Source: Octopus bimaculoides (lineage: Eukaryota). Taken from it: a DNA stretch of 59,930 bases. The DNA is taken from assembly GCF_001194135.2 (NCBI RefSeq), contig NC_068992.1, positions 55,679,064 to 55,738,993 on the forward strand, given 5' to 3'. The translations under genes and the position numbers were made by a program. The notes under the pieces were generated by a model. The model had not been told where the DNA came from, did not search any database, and was given only the letters and a program-made list of their open reading frames with translations. Below, piece after piece: positions 25,080 through 36,548 of this stretch (positions are counted from its first letter, which is position 1; every line of letters starts with the position of its first letter).

Positions 25080-25780
25080 TACAGGCTTCCGTCAGTATCT
25101 GTTTACCAAATCCACTCACAAAGCTTTGGTCAGCCCAAGGTTATAGTAGAAGACACTTACCCAAGATGCCATACAGTGGGACTGAACCCAGAACCATGTG
25201 GTTGAGAAGCAAAGTTCTTACCACACAACCATGCCAAAACTGTTGAGACTGTTGTAGGTTGATGACCAAATTCTGTAAGATGATTCCTGTGGGGATAAAC
25301 ATAGCCAATTAGGAGATTCCTGAACCTTACCATTCTTCGAGTTTTATCTTTTCCTGTTTTTTTTTTTTCAGTCAAGGACTGCAGCCATGCTGGAGCACGG
25401 CCTTGAATGGTTTTAGTCAAACAAATTGACCCCAGTACTTATGTTTTGGGTTTTTTTTTAAAGTCTGCTGGTACTTATTCTATCGGTTTCTTTTGCTGAA
25501 CCACTAGGTTACAGTGACATAAACAAACCAACACTAGTTATAAAGTAGTGGAAATGGGGAAACAAACACAGACACAGACATGCACACACATAAGCATACA
25601 CACAAACAAACAAATGCACATATATACAATAGGCTTCCATACAGTTTCTGTCAACCAAATTCACTCACAAGGCATTGAGTTAGCCCAGGACTATAGTAGA
25701 GGGCACTTGCCCAAGATGCCGTGCAATGGGACAGAACCCAAAACCATGTGGTTACAAAGCAAGCTCCTTAACCACCTGTG
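25080..25780 (-). mobile_element. Two SINE family C copies (5' half 25080-25235; near full 25365-25780), CpG-decayed
   Basis: Reverse complement of the family C head and body. Confidence 0.85.
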
Positions 25781-26498
25781 AAGTATTCAGCAAAAAGGTT
25801 GAAAAGCCAGAAACCAAGCATTGGGTTTAATAAGAGGAAGAGAGAGAATGCATCCAATGAGCTGGGGTGAATGCTAGAGTATGCAGTTAGCTAGTTTATA
25901 TGAACAGAGGCTGCTGTAGTAGATGTGGCAGAAGAAACGAGAGTAATTATTTCATCTAGTAAACTTGTGAATTAGTATTTTAAATAAGTTGAATCAAACT
26001 TCTTTTTGATGTAGTCTAGGCTGAGCTTTTTTTTATTGTGTGTGTGTGTGCATGCATGTGCATGTGTGCACACATGCAAACAGCAAGAACAGTAGCACTG
26101 TGTTAAATCTATCAACAGTGAATATTTTAATCTGGATTGCAAATGAACTTATTAGAGAGTTAATAAGTGAATCAGTTTTCAAATAGTTTCTGGCACTGAA
26201 GAGAAAGTTCACTCTTCAGGTCATAATTTTGGCACAAATATATAGGTGTGTGTGTGTGTGCATAGTCTTTTATTAAAACTGAAGCTGAGAGTTTGTCTCA
26301 CAACTCAAGTTTCATGCCACTATGATCTTCAGGTGAGTTTTACCCGAAGATCACATCGACAGGAAACTCAGGTTGTGTGACAAATTCTTACTTTCAGCTT
26401 TAACAATAAAAAAAGCCCCATATCCTCCACATGAAGTGAGCACGTCTTTCTAATTCATCAGACATTAAAACACACAAGCTCACACACACATATATATA

Positions 26499-27357
26499 CA
26501 GGGTGCAATGGGTAAATTGTCGCCATTTTATATTTTTATTTCATGCATGCACATTGTTTGTTTTTAATTTAGTTGACTACACAGTATAGTAGGTTCAGCT
26601 GAGCACTGTCTGTGAGAAAAAAAGCACCAAGATGCAATTAACTGTGCCAGAAATTTGGAAACGACATGCTGTACTGCTTGGCATTCACACCAGAAGCTCC
26701 AATACAAACATTTCAGAGTGATTGGGTGTCAATCTGAGGACACGTCCAAGAGTGATCAAAATCAAAGAAACCAGTCAACATCATGGTCTTTGAAGAGATC
26801 ACTAGTGATGGTAATGTTATGCCCCCACTCATCTTCCCACACGGCCTCAGACTCAACATAAAGTCCTACATCAAGTGTCTGGAGGAATTAGTGCTGCCCT
26901 GGGTCAAGAGGGTGGCTGCTGGAAGGCCCTATGTCTGGCAACAGGACTCTGCACCATGCCACACAAGCAGGAGAACCCAGTCATGACTGTCACACAATTT
27001 TTGAAACAACATCACCCCTAACATCTGGCTACCTAACTCCCCACACTGCAGCCCCCTTCATTATTATTTGTGCGAGAGACCAACAAAACCCCTTGTAACA
27101 CCAAAGATGAACTGAAGACAAGGATTATAGCAGCATTCACCAACTTAAACAAGAGGACCATCCAGAAGAGTTGCAGGAGATTCCAAAGTCGACTGGAGGC
27201 TGTGGTTGAAGCCAATGGCAAATTTATTGATTAAATTTACTCTTTAGCATTTCAAGATATTTTTATGTAATTTTGGTAAATATATCTGTTAAAATGAGAT
27301 GTCAGTGTTATTTTCATTTTTGTGTAATTTAGACAACAGTTTATTCACTGCACCCTG
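26499..27357 (+). mobile_element. Internally deleted maT/DD37D-type Tc1/mariner element
   Basis: TA|CAGGGTGCA...TGCACCCTG|TA. Encodes GNVMPPLIFPHGLR..WQQDSAPCH; 37 residues separate the second Asp from the third catalytic position (decayed to His here, Asp in the 20-kb copy); stops present. Confidence 0.9.
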
Positions 27358-27433
<76 letters not shown>

Positions 27434-28246
27434 CATGTGTGTGTGTATATATATATATATATATACACACATACACACAGACGCATATATATATATGTAT
27501 ACATATATACACACACACACATGCATAAACATATTCACACACACACACACACATCACTCTTTAAGTCAGAAAATCATTCATATATTTGTCAAATGAGTGA
27601 GTATATTAATATTTGTACAATACCAAATTTATAGACCCATTTCAACCAATTTTACCAATCAGTTTGCATACAATAATGTTAGGATATTTACTAATTGGTA
27701 AAAGTCAACTAAAACGGGTCTATAATAAAGTAGGGCTGCACTAATACTCAGCTGGTACTCATTTTCATCTGCGCAGGCTAGAGTAATGTGAAATGAAGTG
27801 CCTTACTCAAGGATACAACATGCCACTTAGAGCAGGAAATTGAACTTGAGACTTTTGGATCATGAGCTGAACAACTAATCCACTAGGCCACACATCTTCA
27901 CAAATATACATCTGTGTGTGTGTGTGTTCTATCTCTGGGTTCAATAGATTCCCCAGGGGTAGAGGAGGCTCTGGTTATTTTTGACAAAGCTGAGGGGAAG
28001 GCAGCTCTTCTCAGAGAAAGATACACTGACGTATAACTTTGAAATCAAAATAGTACCAGCCATCTTGCAATGCTTGTCACTTAAATCTACTATTGCGACT
28101 GAGAGCGTGGCGAAGTGTTGTACAAGGCTTTGTTACTTGAATCCAATGATATACACGTGACTCACTATCTGTTTATTTCTTGATGTGTTTTGTATTTTAC
28201 AAAGGCCTATGGTGATGGCTATCTGCACACATGTAAGGATGAAAAT

Positions 28247-28635
28247 TTGTTGTTGTTGGCACTCTGTCACTTACGACATCAAGGGTTCCAGTTGATCTGA
28301 TCAATGGAACACCCTGCTCGTGAAATTAACGTGCAAGTGGCTGAGCACTCCACAGACACGTGTACCCTTAACGTAATCCTCGGGGATATTCAGCGTGACA
28401 CAGTGTGACAAGGCTGGCCCTTTGAATTACAGGCACAACAGAAACAGGAAGTAAGAGTGAGAGAAAGTTGTGGTGGAAGAGTACAGCAGGGTTCGCCACC
28501 ATCCCCTGCCGGAGCCACGTAGAGCCTTAGGTGTTTTCGCTCAATAAACACTCACAACGCCCGGTCTGGGAATCGAAACCGCGATCCTATGACCGCGAGT
28601 CTGCTGCCCTAACCACTGGGCCATTGCGCCTCCAC
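28247..28635 (-). mobile_element. SINE family B with 12-bp TSD
   Basis: TSD AAGGATGAAAAT at 28235-28246 and 28636-28647; 3' part shows several CpG transitions. Confidence 0.92.
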
Positions 28636-29399
28636 AAGGATGAAAATAGATCAGAACAATCAGGCTATCATCTGACAAGATGAGGCAATCATCATGTATG
28701 TATGTATGTATGTGTTGTGTCGACGCCCCCAAGCGAGGAAGTGGGATCGCCCAAGACATATAAATAGAGGTAGAGAGTTGAGTGACTGTTGAGTAGTTCT
28801 TGGGTAGCAGTCGAGTGGAGATCATCCGAAGGTGCTAGATAGCAGTAGCTTGAGACATAACAGTATGTATGTACGTGTATGTATGTATATCCTGTCTGTG
28901 TGTATTTGGATGTATAATTCAGAGAAACAGTACTCAACACATACAGTTGAGTTTTCATTCATCTATTCAATCTTAAATTACTATTTTGTGTCTAATCTTA
29001 GGAAAAAAAAAAAAAGGAACATCCAAAAGAATTGAAGAACTCAGATTAGCATAAGGAATGATACTGGTTTTGATCTTCAGTTCTACTCGGCTAATACTAT
29101 ATGTGCAACTTCTGCACATGACTAGTTCTATGTGTGCAGTTTCTGTGCATGCAATGTGACACTAGTATATACAGAATAGCATCTACATATACAGTACAGT
29201 GCAACCAGTAAATTTAAGTATGTGTTTTTCCAAAAACGAATTTATTATTCTTACTAAATTCTTGCTAAACGAATACATTTGTACTACAGAGACTTACTAA
29301 TATTGATAAGTATAGTTTTAATTTTTTTTTATACCTTATTTTTTTTTTAATTATATTTATTTTGGCAAACAACAATATCCTTGGTCTCAGGTTTCCTTC

Positions 29400-29627
29400 C
29401 GTCAGCATTCAGACTTCTCTGTCAGATGTAATGCTCATTTACTCACATTGTTTTGAATTAATCATGCATTGTCTCATAGCTCTGAGATTTCGATGATATG
29501 ATTGTTTATTTTTAGAATGACATTGTAAGATAGGTGTGAGAGGCTGGATCTGGCCAGTTTGAACATAAAACAGAATATTTAAAATATTTGGGCCAGGTAG
29601 AGCCAGTTTAAATGCAAAAGGGTTAAA
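29400..29627. mobile_element. piggyBac-like MITE (family E)
   Basis: Right end AATGCAAAAGGGTTAA; homologous to 22932-23148. Confidence 0.65.
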
Positions 29628-29970
29628 CAGGCCAGTTACTGGTTTCCTGAATTTCTGATGATAAGAGTGACAAGGAAGGGAGTATCTGTATCTTGGCACA
29701 GAGCAAATACCATGAAGGACTTCACTGAAAGAGCATGGGATTTTTTTTGTTCTTTGTTTTGTTTTTTGTTTTTTTTCTTTTCCAGTCTTCGCATCGATGT
29801 TGTAGATGTTGTCGTGGTTACTCCAATGAAATTCAATGTAACATGTGATTATACTTGAAGTAGCAGAAAGGCATTAACACAAATTGACTTCAAGTTCAAA
29901 ACTCCTGTAGAGAATTTGGCCATGGGAACTGTTTGGTTTCATTTAAAAAATTTGGTTCAACATAAAAAAA

Positions 29971-30495
29971 TGCTGTCCATTGCAACACTTTTTGCTAATG
30001 AAGCAGCTTGTACTTTTCTTTGTACTTTTAAAATGTGAGAGCTTGTACTTTTAAAATGCGGGACTCACTGTTTTTGCAACTTCTCTTGCTAATGAACAGC
30101 TTGTACTTTTTCTTGTACATTTAAAATGTGGGAGCTTGTACTTTTTCTTGTACTTTTAAAATGTGGGACACACTGCTCATTGCAATACCTCTTGCTAATG
30201 ACCAGCTTGTACTTTTAAAATGTGGGTGCTTGTACTTTTTCTTGTACTTTTAAAATGTGGAGCTCACTGTTTGTTGCAACACCTCTTGCTAACAAAGCAG
30301 CTGTACTTCTTTTTTTTTTTTTTTGGTACTTTTAAAATATGTGACTCATTGTTCCATTGCAACACCCCTTGTAAACAAAGCAGCCTGTACTTTTTCTCAT
30401 ATTTCTAAAACTTGGGGCTCGCTATTCCATTGCAACACCTCTTGTTGATGAAACAGTTTGTACTTTTTCATGTACTTTTAAAACATGGGACACTT
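29971..30495. repeat. Compound minisatellite, about 6 units of 70-95 bp
   Basis: Recurring TTGCAACACCTCTTGCTAATGA and CTTGTACTTTTAAAATGTGGG sub-blocks. Confidence 0.85.
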
Positions 30496-30835
30496 TTCCC
30501 ATTTCGTTTTGCTTTCAATTACTGTGATTTATGAATTAAATATGGAATAAAAATTTTCCATAATCTTCAATATATGATTGGCTCATCAGTTGAATATAAA
30601 TAGTTCCTTTTCACATAAAATACTGGCCTGCAAGGCAGCCTAGCAGCTTCTGGAAGCATTAGCATCCATTAAGTATTGATTAAATAAATGTCTTCGCCTT
30701 TGCTCCAAGTGAGTTTCCAGAGAGAAAAATAAAGAAGGTTGTTAATTGTATGAAAAATAAGGACGAAAGAAGATAGTATATACATAAATACATGCATGCA
30801 CAAACAAATCTCACACACATTTACACCTAGATGTA

Positions 30836-30889
<54 letters not shown>

Positions 30890-30967
30890 GTAAATCAGAA
30901 GTACATCCAGGACGATGAATGACACTAAACTGGGTTTGCAAGAATAGACTTCATATATATATATATA

Positions 30968-31130
30968 TATATTACATACATATAATAGGGATATTCTTGC
31001 TCTCAAGAAAATTCAGCAAGCTTGCTGAATTTTCTTGAGAACTATCTTTAGTGGTCAGGTCATAGGTGATCTTCTTTTAGCATAATGGATGTCCACTAAG
31101 TGGTTATCCCTATTATATGTATGTAATATA
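30968..31130. mobile_element. MITE with about 26-bp TIRs and an internal perfect palindrome
   Basis: TATTACATACATATAATAGGGATA...TATCCCTATTATATGTATGTAATA; palindrome at 31001-31040. Confidence 0.8.
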
Positions 31131-31217
31131 ATTTTTCTGAATCTTCAGATTTTTTCAATATGCTAGGCCACTAGTTTTAAATTGATATTAATCAAATTAA
31201 TATTCAATTTGTTACTC

Positions 31218-31249
<32 letters not shown>

Positions 31250-33833
31250 NNNNNNNNNNNNNNNNNNNNNNNNNNNNNNNNNNNNNNNNNNNNNNNNNNN
31301 NNNNNNNNNNNNNNNNNNNNNNNNNNNNNNNNNNNNNNNNNNNNNNNNNNNNNNNNNNNNNNNNNNNNNNNNNNNNNNNNNNNNNNNNNNNNNNNNNNNN
31401 NNNNNNNNNNNNNNNNNNNNNNNNNNNNNNNNNNNNNNNNNNNNNNNNNNNNNNNNNNNNNNNNNNNNNNNNNNNNNNNNNNNNNNNNNNNNNNNNNNNN
31501 NNNNNNNNNNNNNNNNNNNNNNNNNNNNNNNNNNNNNNNNNNNNNNNNNNNNNNNNNNNNNNNNNNNNNNNNNNNNNNNNNNNNNNNNNNNNNNNNNNNN
31601 NNNNNNNNNNNNNNNNNNNNNNNNNNNNNNNNNNNNNNNNNNNNNNNNNNNNNNNNNNNNNNNNNNNNNNNNNNNNNNNNNNNNNNNNNNNNNNNNNNNN
31701 NNNNNNNNNNNNNNNNNNNNNNNNNNNNNNNNNNNNNNNNNNNNNNNNNNNNNNNNNNNNNNNNNNNNNNNNNNNNNNNNNNNNNNNNNNNNNNNNNNNN
31801 NNNNNNNNNNNNNNNNNNNNNNNNNNNNNNNNNNNNNNNNNNNNNNNNNNNNNNNNNNNNNNNNNNNNNNNNNNNNNNNNNNNNTATATACATACTTACA
31901 TACATGCATGTATATATAAAGTTAGAAATGACAGGGAAACAGTTTGATGAAATTTTATTTAACAATAAGAAAATTCTAATATCGTGACATATTTTTCCAT
32001 AACTTAAAAATGACTTTCTCTCACCTGAAGACATAGCTTAAATTCTGCATTATTTCGAAGGATTTTTTGCTTTTTGCATTAATGCACACACGTAAGTAAT
32101 TTATTTAGTATTAAATATAATAAAATAAATTACTTACAAGTTTTTCAGTTACGAAACAATCTGTCATGATATTAGAATTTTCTTATGGTTAAATAAAATT
32201 TCATCAGAGAATTTCTCTGTCATCTATGACTTTGTACATGCCTTTGTGGCAGGAGGATAATCGATTACGTTGATCCCAGGGTTCAACTAGTTCTTATTTC
32301 ATCGACCCCGAAAGGATGAAGGGCAAAGTCAACCTTAGAGAGAATCACTGAGTTCAAATCCTGCTGTGGTTGACTATGCCTTTCATCTTTTTGGGATCAA
32401 TGCACAATGCATATGTTTATTATTGGCATAACCACTCTCCCAAGATACAAATATGCATGCATGCTTATATGCATGTATGTATGTAGGTAGGTAGGTACAC
32501 ACACATACACAGACACACACATACACAGACACACACATACACAGACACACACAACATGCATACACACATATGCATGTGACTGTGTGTGCATGTGTATGTT
32601 TGTGTGCCCATATGTGTGCACCTTTTTGTGAGCATATGCATGTGTGTCCTTTTGGTGGGGGGGGGGTCAGTGTGTGTGCATGTGTGTGTGTGTGTGTGTT
32701 ACATGGTTATAAATTTATGGAACAACAATAAAGTTTATGCTGGTGAGCAAATTCAAGGGAGATAGCCTCTTCTCTCCTAGAAGAAAACAGGTTCTTTAAG
32801 ATGCAACTGTAATGGTGGCATTGCTCTTCAACTCTCTTAGAATATACCAGCAACTGATCACCCCATTTTAACGCTTTTGCTACCAAACGATTACTAAATC
32901 ACTTGCTATTGGCTTGATTTTTTTTTTCTGTATGATACCAGTCCTCAGTCAAATCGTACAACCCATGCTAGCATGGAAAGCGGACGTTAAACGATGATGA
33001 TGATGATGATGATTTGTCTTTTTAGGGGTGTCTAGTATTACGTTATCCAATAGATTATTCCTTATTCATAATGGTGGGAGTATTTTGGGGGGGAGATTTA
33101 AATGTTAGAACAAGCTACTAATGCATGTGAGAACATAGAGTGGTCTGTCTCTGACAAATTCATTTTCTTTTTGCATGGTTCTATGTATCCCTACCCAATA
33201 TATATATATATAAAGTTTCTAGTACACCCTGTGGTGTACATGTATAATATATCATTTAGAATATATATATATACNNNNNNNNNNNNNNNNNNNNNNNNNN
33301 NNNNNNNNNNNNNNNNNNNNNNNNNNNNNNNNNNNNNNNNNNNNNNNNNNNNNNNNNNNNNNNNNNNNNNNNNNNNNNNNNNNNNNNNNNNNNNNNNNNN
33401 NNNNNNNNNNNNNNNNNNNNNNNNNNNNNNNNNNNNNNNNNNNNNNNNNNNNNNNNNNNNNNNNNNNNNNNNNNNNNNNNNNNNNNNNNNNNNNNNNNNN
33501 NNNNNNNNNNNNNNNNNNNNNNNNNNNNNNNNNNNNNNNNNNNNNNNNNNNNNNNNNNNNNNNNNNNNNNNNNNNNNNNNNNNNNNNNNNNNNNNNNNNN
33601 NNNNNNNNNNNNNNNNNNNNNNNNNNNNNNNNNNNNNNNNNNNNNNNNNNNNNNNNNNNNNNNNNNNNNNNNNNNNNNNNNNNNNNNNNNNNNNNNNNNN
33701 NNNNNNNNNNNNNNNNNNNNNNNNNNNNNNNNNNNNNNNNNNNNNNNNNNNNNNNNNNNNNNNNNNNNNNNNNNNNNNNNNNNNNNNNNNNNNNNNNNNN
33801 NNNNNNNNNNNNNNNNNNNNNNNNNNATATATA

Positions 33834-33869
<36 letters not shown>

Positions 33870-33919
33870 TGTATATATGTATGTATGTATGTATGAATGT
33901 ATGTTATGTATGTATATTA

Positions 33920-34325
33920 CTGAAGAACGACCTCAGGACGCTGACCCATTCAGGCAAGATTCCAAAGGCCTTGCTACACTTAAGAAGACCCATACTCCAC
34001 ACCAGAAGTGTTAAGACCAATCCTTCTGGATGTGTAAAGCGCTCGTGCGATGCCACATACAAGTGCCCTTCCGGTGACACATAAAAGCACCTGTATGGTG
34101 ACATATAAAAGCGCATGTGCAGTGCTACATAAGAGCGCTTGTGTGGTGTTATGTAAAAGCACCCAGCACACTCTGTAAAGTGGTTAGCATTAGGAAGGGC
34201 ATCCAGCCATAGAAACCCTGCCAAATCAGACTGGGGTCTTGTGTAACTCCCCAGCTGGCCAGCTCTACTCAAACCGTCCAACCCATGCCAGCATGGACAA
34301 CATACGTTAAATGATGATGATGCTG
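33920..34325 (+). mobile_element. SINE-like family D with about 23-bp internal subrepeats
   Basis: 3' end CCAACCCATGCCAGCATGGA..ACGTTAAATGATGATG shared with 32945-33012 (+) and 42350-42500 (-). Confidence 0.75.
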
Positions 34326-34326
34326 A

Positions 34327-34381
<55 letters not shown>

Positions 34382-34523
34382 GATATGTACATATGTATGC
34401 ATGTATATACATATGTATGTATGTATGTATGTATGTGTATGCATGTATATATGTATGTATGTAGCTATATCACTGTGTTATCATGTGATATATAAGATGT
34501 ATATAATAACATATATCATATAC

Positions 34524-34554
34524 ATAGCTCAGTCGGTAGAACATCAAACTTTTA
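34524..34554 (+). pseudogene. tRNA-Lys(UUU)-like 5' half
   Basis: ATAGCTCAGTCGGTAGAaCATCAaACTTTTA differs at 2 positions from the D-arm/anticodon part of eukaryotic tRNA-Lys(TTT) as I recall it; no intact T-arm or acceptor stem. Confidence 0.5.
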
Positions 34555-34874
34555 CGGGCTTTATAAGCTATCCAAGGATTATGTGGCTTTCATGCCCCCT
34601 CCCTGCAGACACACTTTCTCTTTCACCGACAATGAGTTGCAGCGTACCTGAGCACTGTATACAATAAAGCTCATTATCACTAAATTATCATTAGGCAGAT
34701 ATAAATCAGGTGAGAATGTTTATAATCGAGACAGATTGGAGACGTCTATAAACAAACCTACACAACCTAGGACAGAGAAATAGGGGGGGAAAATCAAAAC
34801 AGTGAAACAATGTTGATGATGATGATGTTGATCACAATAGGTGTTGATAATGATAGTGATGATGGTGATTTGTT

Positions 34875-34913
<39 letters not shown>

Positions 34914-35494
34914 GATTGCTTCCAACCTGGCCTGATTGAGCAGGTCTATGATGAATAGGAATTCCAGCCATGAATATTTCAGTATCTTTGTAAAATCTCA
35001 GACTTTCATTGATCAATGTAATCTTCCATTTTTATTTTGTTGTTTTGTTCTATTTTTTGTTTTCTTTTTGTTTGCGTTTGTTTGTTGTTGCTTTTTTTTT
35101 TGTTGTTGTTGGTGTTGTTGTTGCTTTTTTTGTCGTTGTTTCTTTTTTCCAAGATAACAAAGTGCGGTTTTGAAGTAATTAATTTCACTGTTATTTCTAG
35201 CAGATCATGCGCAATCTTGTAATGGCTCCCATATATCAAAGATGAACTTGATGTTAATTTGGAGAACGTGGTGGTGATGGTGATGTTGGTGGTGAGGCGG
35301 TGGTGCTGCTGTCTTTGCTGCTACTGCTGCTGCTGCTGCTGACAGTTGTTAGAAATGATGACAAAGATGAGAACGGGATGGTAGTGATAGTAACAATACT
35401 GGTGCTGTTAGTTGTTATGATGGTGATTCCAGTGATGATGATGATGCAGATGATGACAATTATTATTATTATTATTATTATCATTATTAATCGA

Positions 35495-35670
35495 AATGCT
35501 TAGCAGCGTTTCATCCATCTTTACGTTCTGAGTGGAAGTTCAAATTCCGCCGAGGTCGACTTTGCCTTTCATCCTTTTATCAGGGTTGATAAAATAAGTA
35601 CCAGTGAAATACTGGGGGTTGATGTAATCGACTATCCCCCTCCCCCAATCCACCACCCCCAAACTTCAGG
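35495..35670 (+). mobile_element. SINE family A, head truncated
   Basis: GAAATGCTTAGC..GTTCAAATTCCGCCGAGGTCGACTTTGCC core. Confidence 0.8.
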
Positions 35671-35779
35671 CCTTCAGGATTAATATTATTATTATCATCA
35701 TCATCATTATGTTATGTTTGGTTTTGCTTTGATTTAATCAAGTTGCACTCAAGTCTCAACCAGAGATCTCAAGGGACAA

Positions 35780-35784
35780 GGTTA

Positions 35785-35825
<41 letters not shown>

Positions 35826-35912
35826 GATGATGATGATGATGATGATGACGACGACGATGATGATGACGACGACGATGACGACGATGATGATGGTGATGAT
35901 GGTGATGATGAC

Positions 35913-35957
<45 letters not shown>

Positions 35958-35965
35958 AATGATTA
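35780..35965. repeat. (ATT)n-(GAT/GAC)n microsatellite
   Basis: Direct reading; similar tracts at 34810-34915, 35260-35490 and 50995-51270. Confidence 0.95.
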
Positions 35966-36425
35966 TAAAAGGGGCAATGATAATCAAGATGCTGACAAAC
36001 TATGACAATTATGACAATGAAAAACACAATAACAAAATTACAAAAATGATGAGCATGGCAAGAATAGCATAATTGCATACTATATAAATTGCCCCTATAC
36101 TCTTTTACTCTTTTACTTGTTTCAGTCATTTGGCTGCGGCCATGCTGGAGCACCGCCTTTAGTCGAGCAAATCGACCCTGGGACTTATTCTTTATAAGCC
36201 TAGTACTTATTCTATAATTTNNNNNNNNNNAATCGACCCTGGGACTTATTCTTTATAAGCCTAGTACTTATTCTATAATTTTTTGTTAACATTATATAAA
36301 CTGCTCCTATACTATATAAATTGCTCTTACACTCCACAAATTGCTCTTATATTATATAAATAGGCTCGATGCTATATGTGTGTGTGTTCTTATGTTCAGT
36401 TGTTTTTGTAGAGTTCAAATTTGTT

Positions 36426-36548
36426 ATTCTTAAAAAAGAATAATATTGACAGTAACTCCGAAGTTTTGACCAGCTAAGCTATCATCGGACAGTGACTTAG
36501 CTGGCTGAAACTTCGAAATCACTGTCAATAATATTCTTGTTTAAGAAT
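36426..36548. repeat. Foldback element, about 53-bp imperfect arms
   Basis: Arms 36426-36478 and 36496-36548 are reverse complements with scattered mismatches. Confidence 0.8.

Noticed and set aside
29971-30495. Repeat array as a possible CRISPR
   Set aside because: Eukaryotic context; units are degenerate with no unique spacers and no cas genes. The same applies to the 19-bp array at 51978-52030.
30620-30716. Strong + strand donor CCAA|GTGAGT suggesting an exon
   Set aside because: All three frames upstream contain stops and there is no good acceptor; a non-coding exon cannot be excluded but is unsupported.
32740-32870. Minus-strand DQLLVYSKRVEEQCHH resembling a gypsy RT YxDD segment
   Set aside because: Catalytic DD is absent and there are no flanking RT motifs.
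36170-36281. Exact 51-bp tandem duplication in a SINE
   Set aside because: The two copies flank a 10-N gap, typical of an unmerged contig overlap. A similar case occurs at about 18280-18365.
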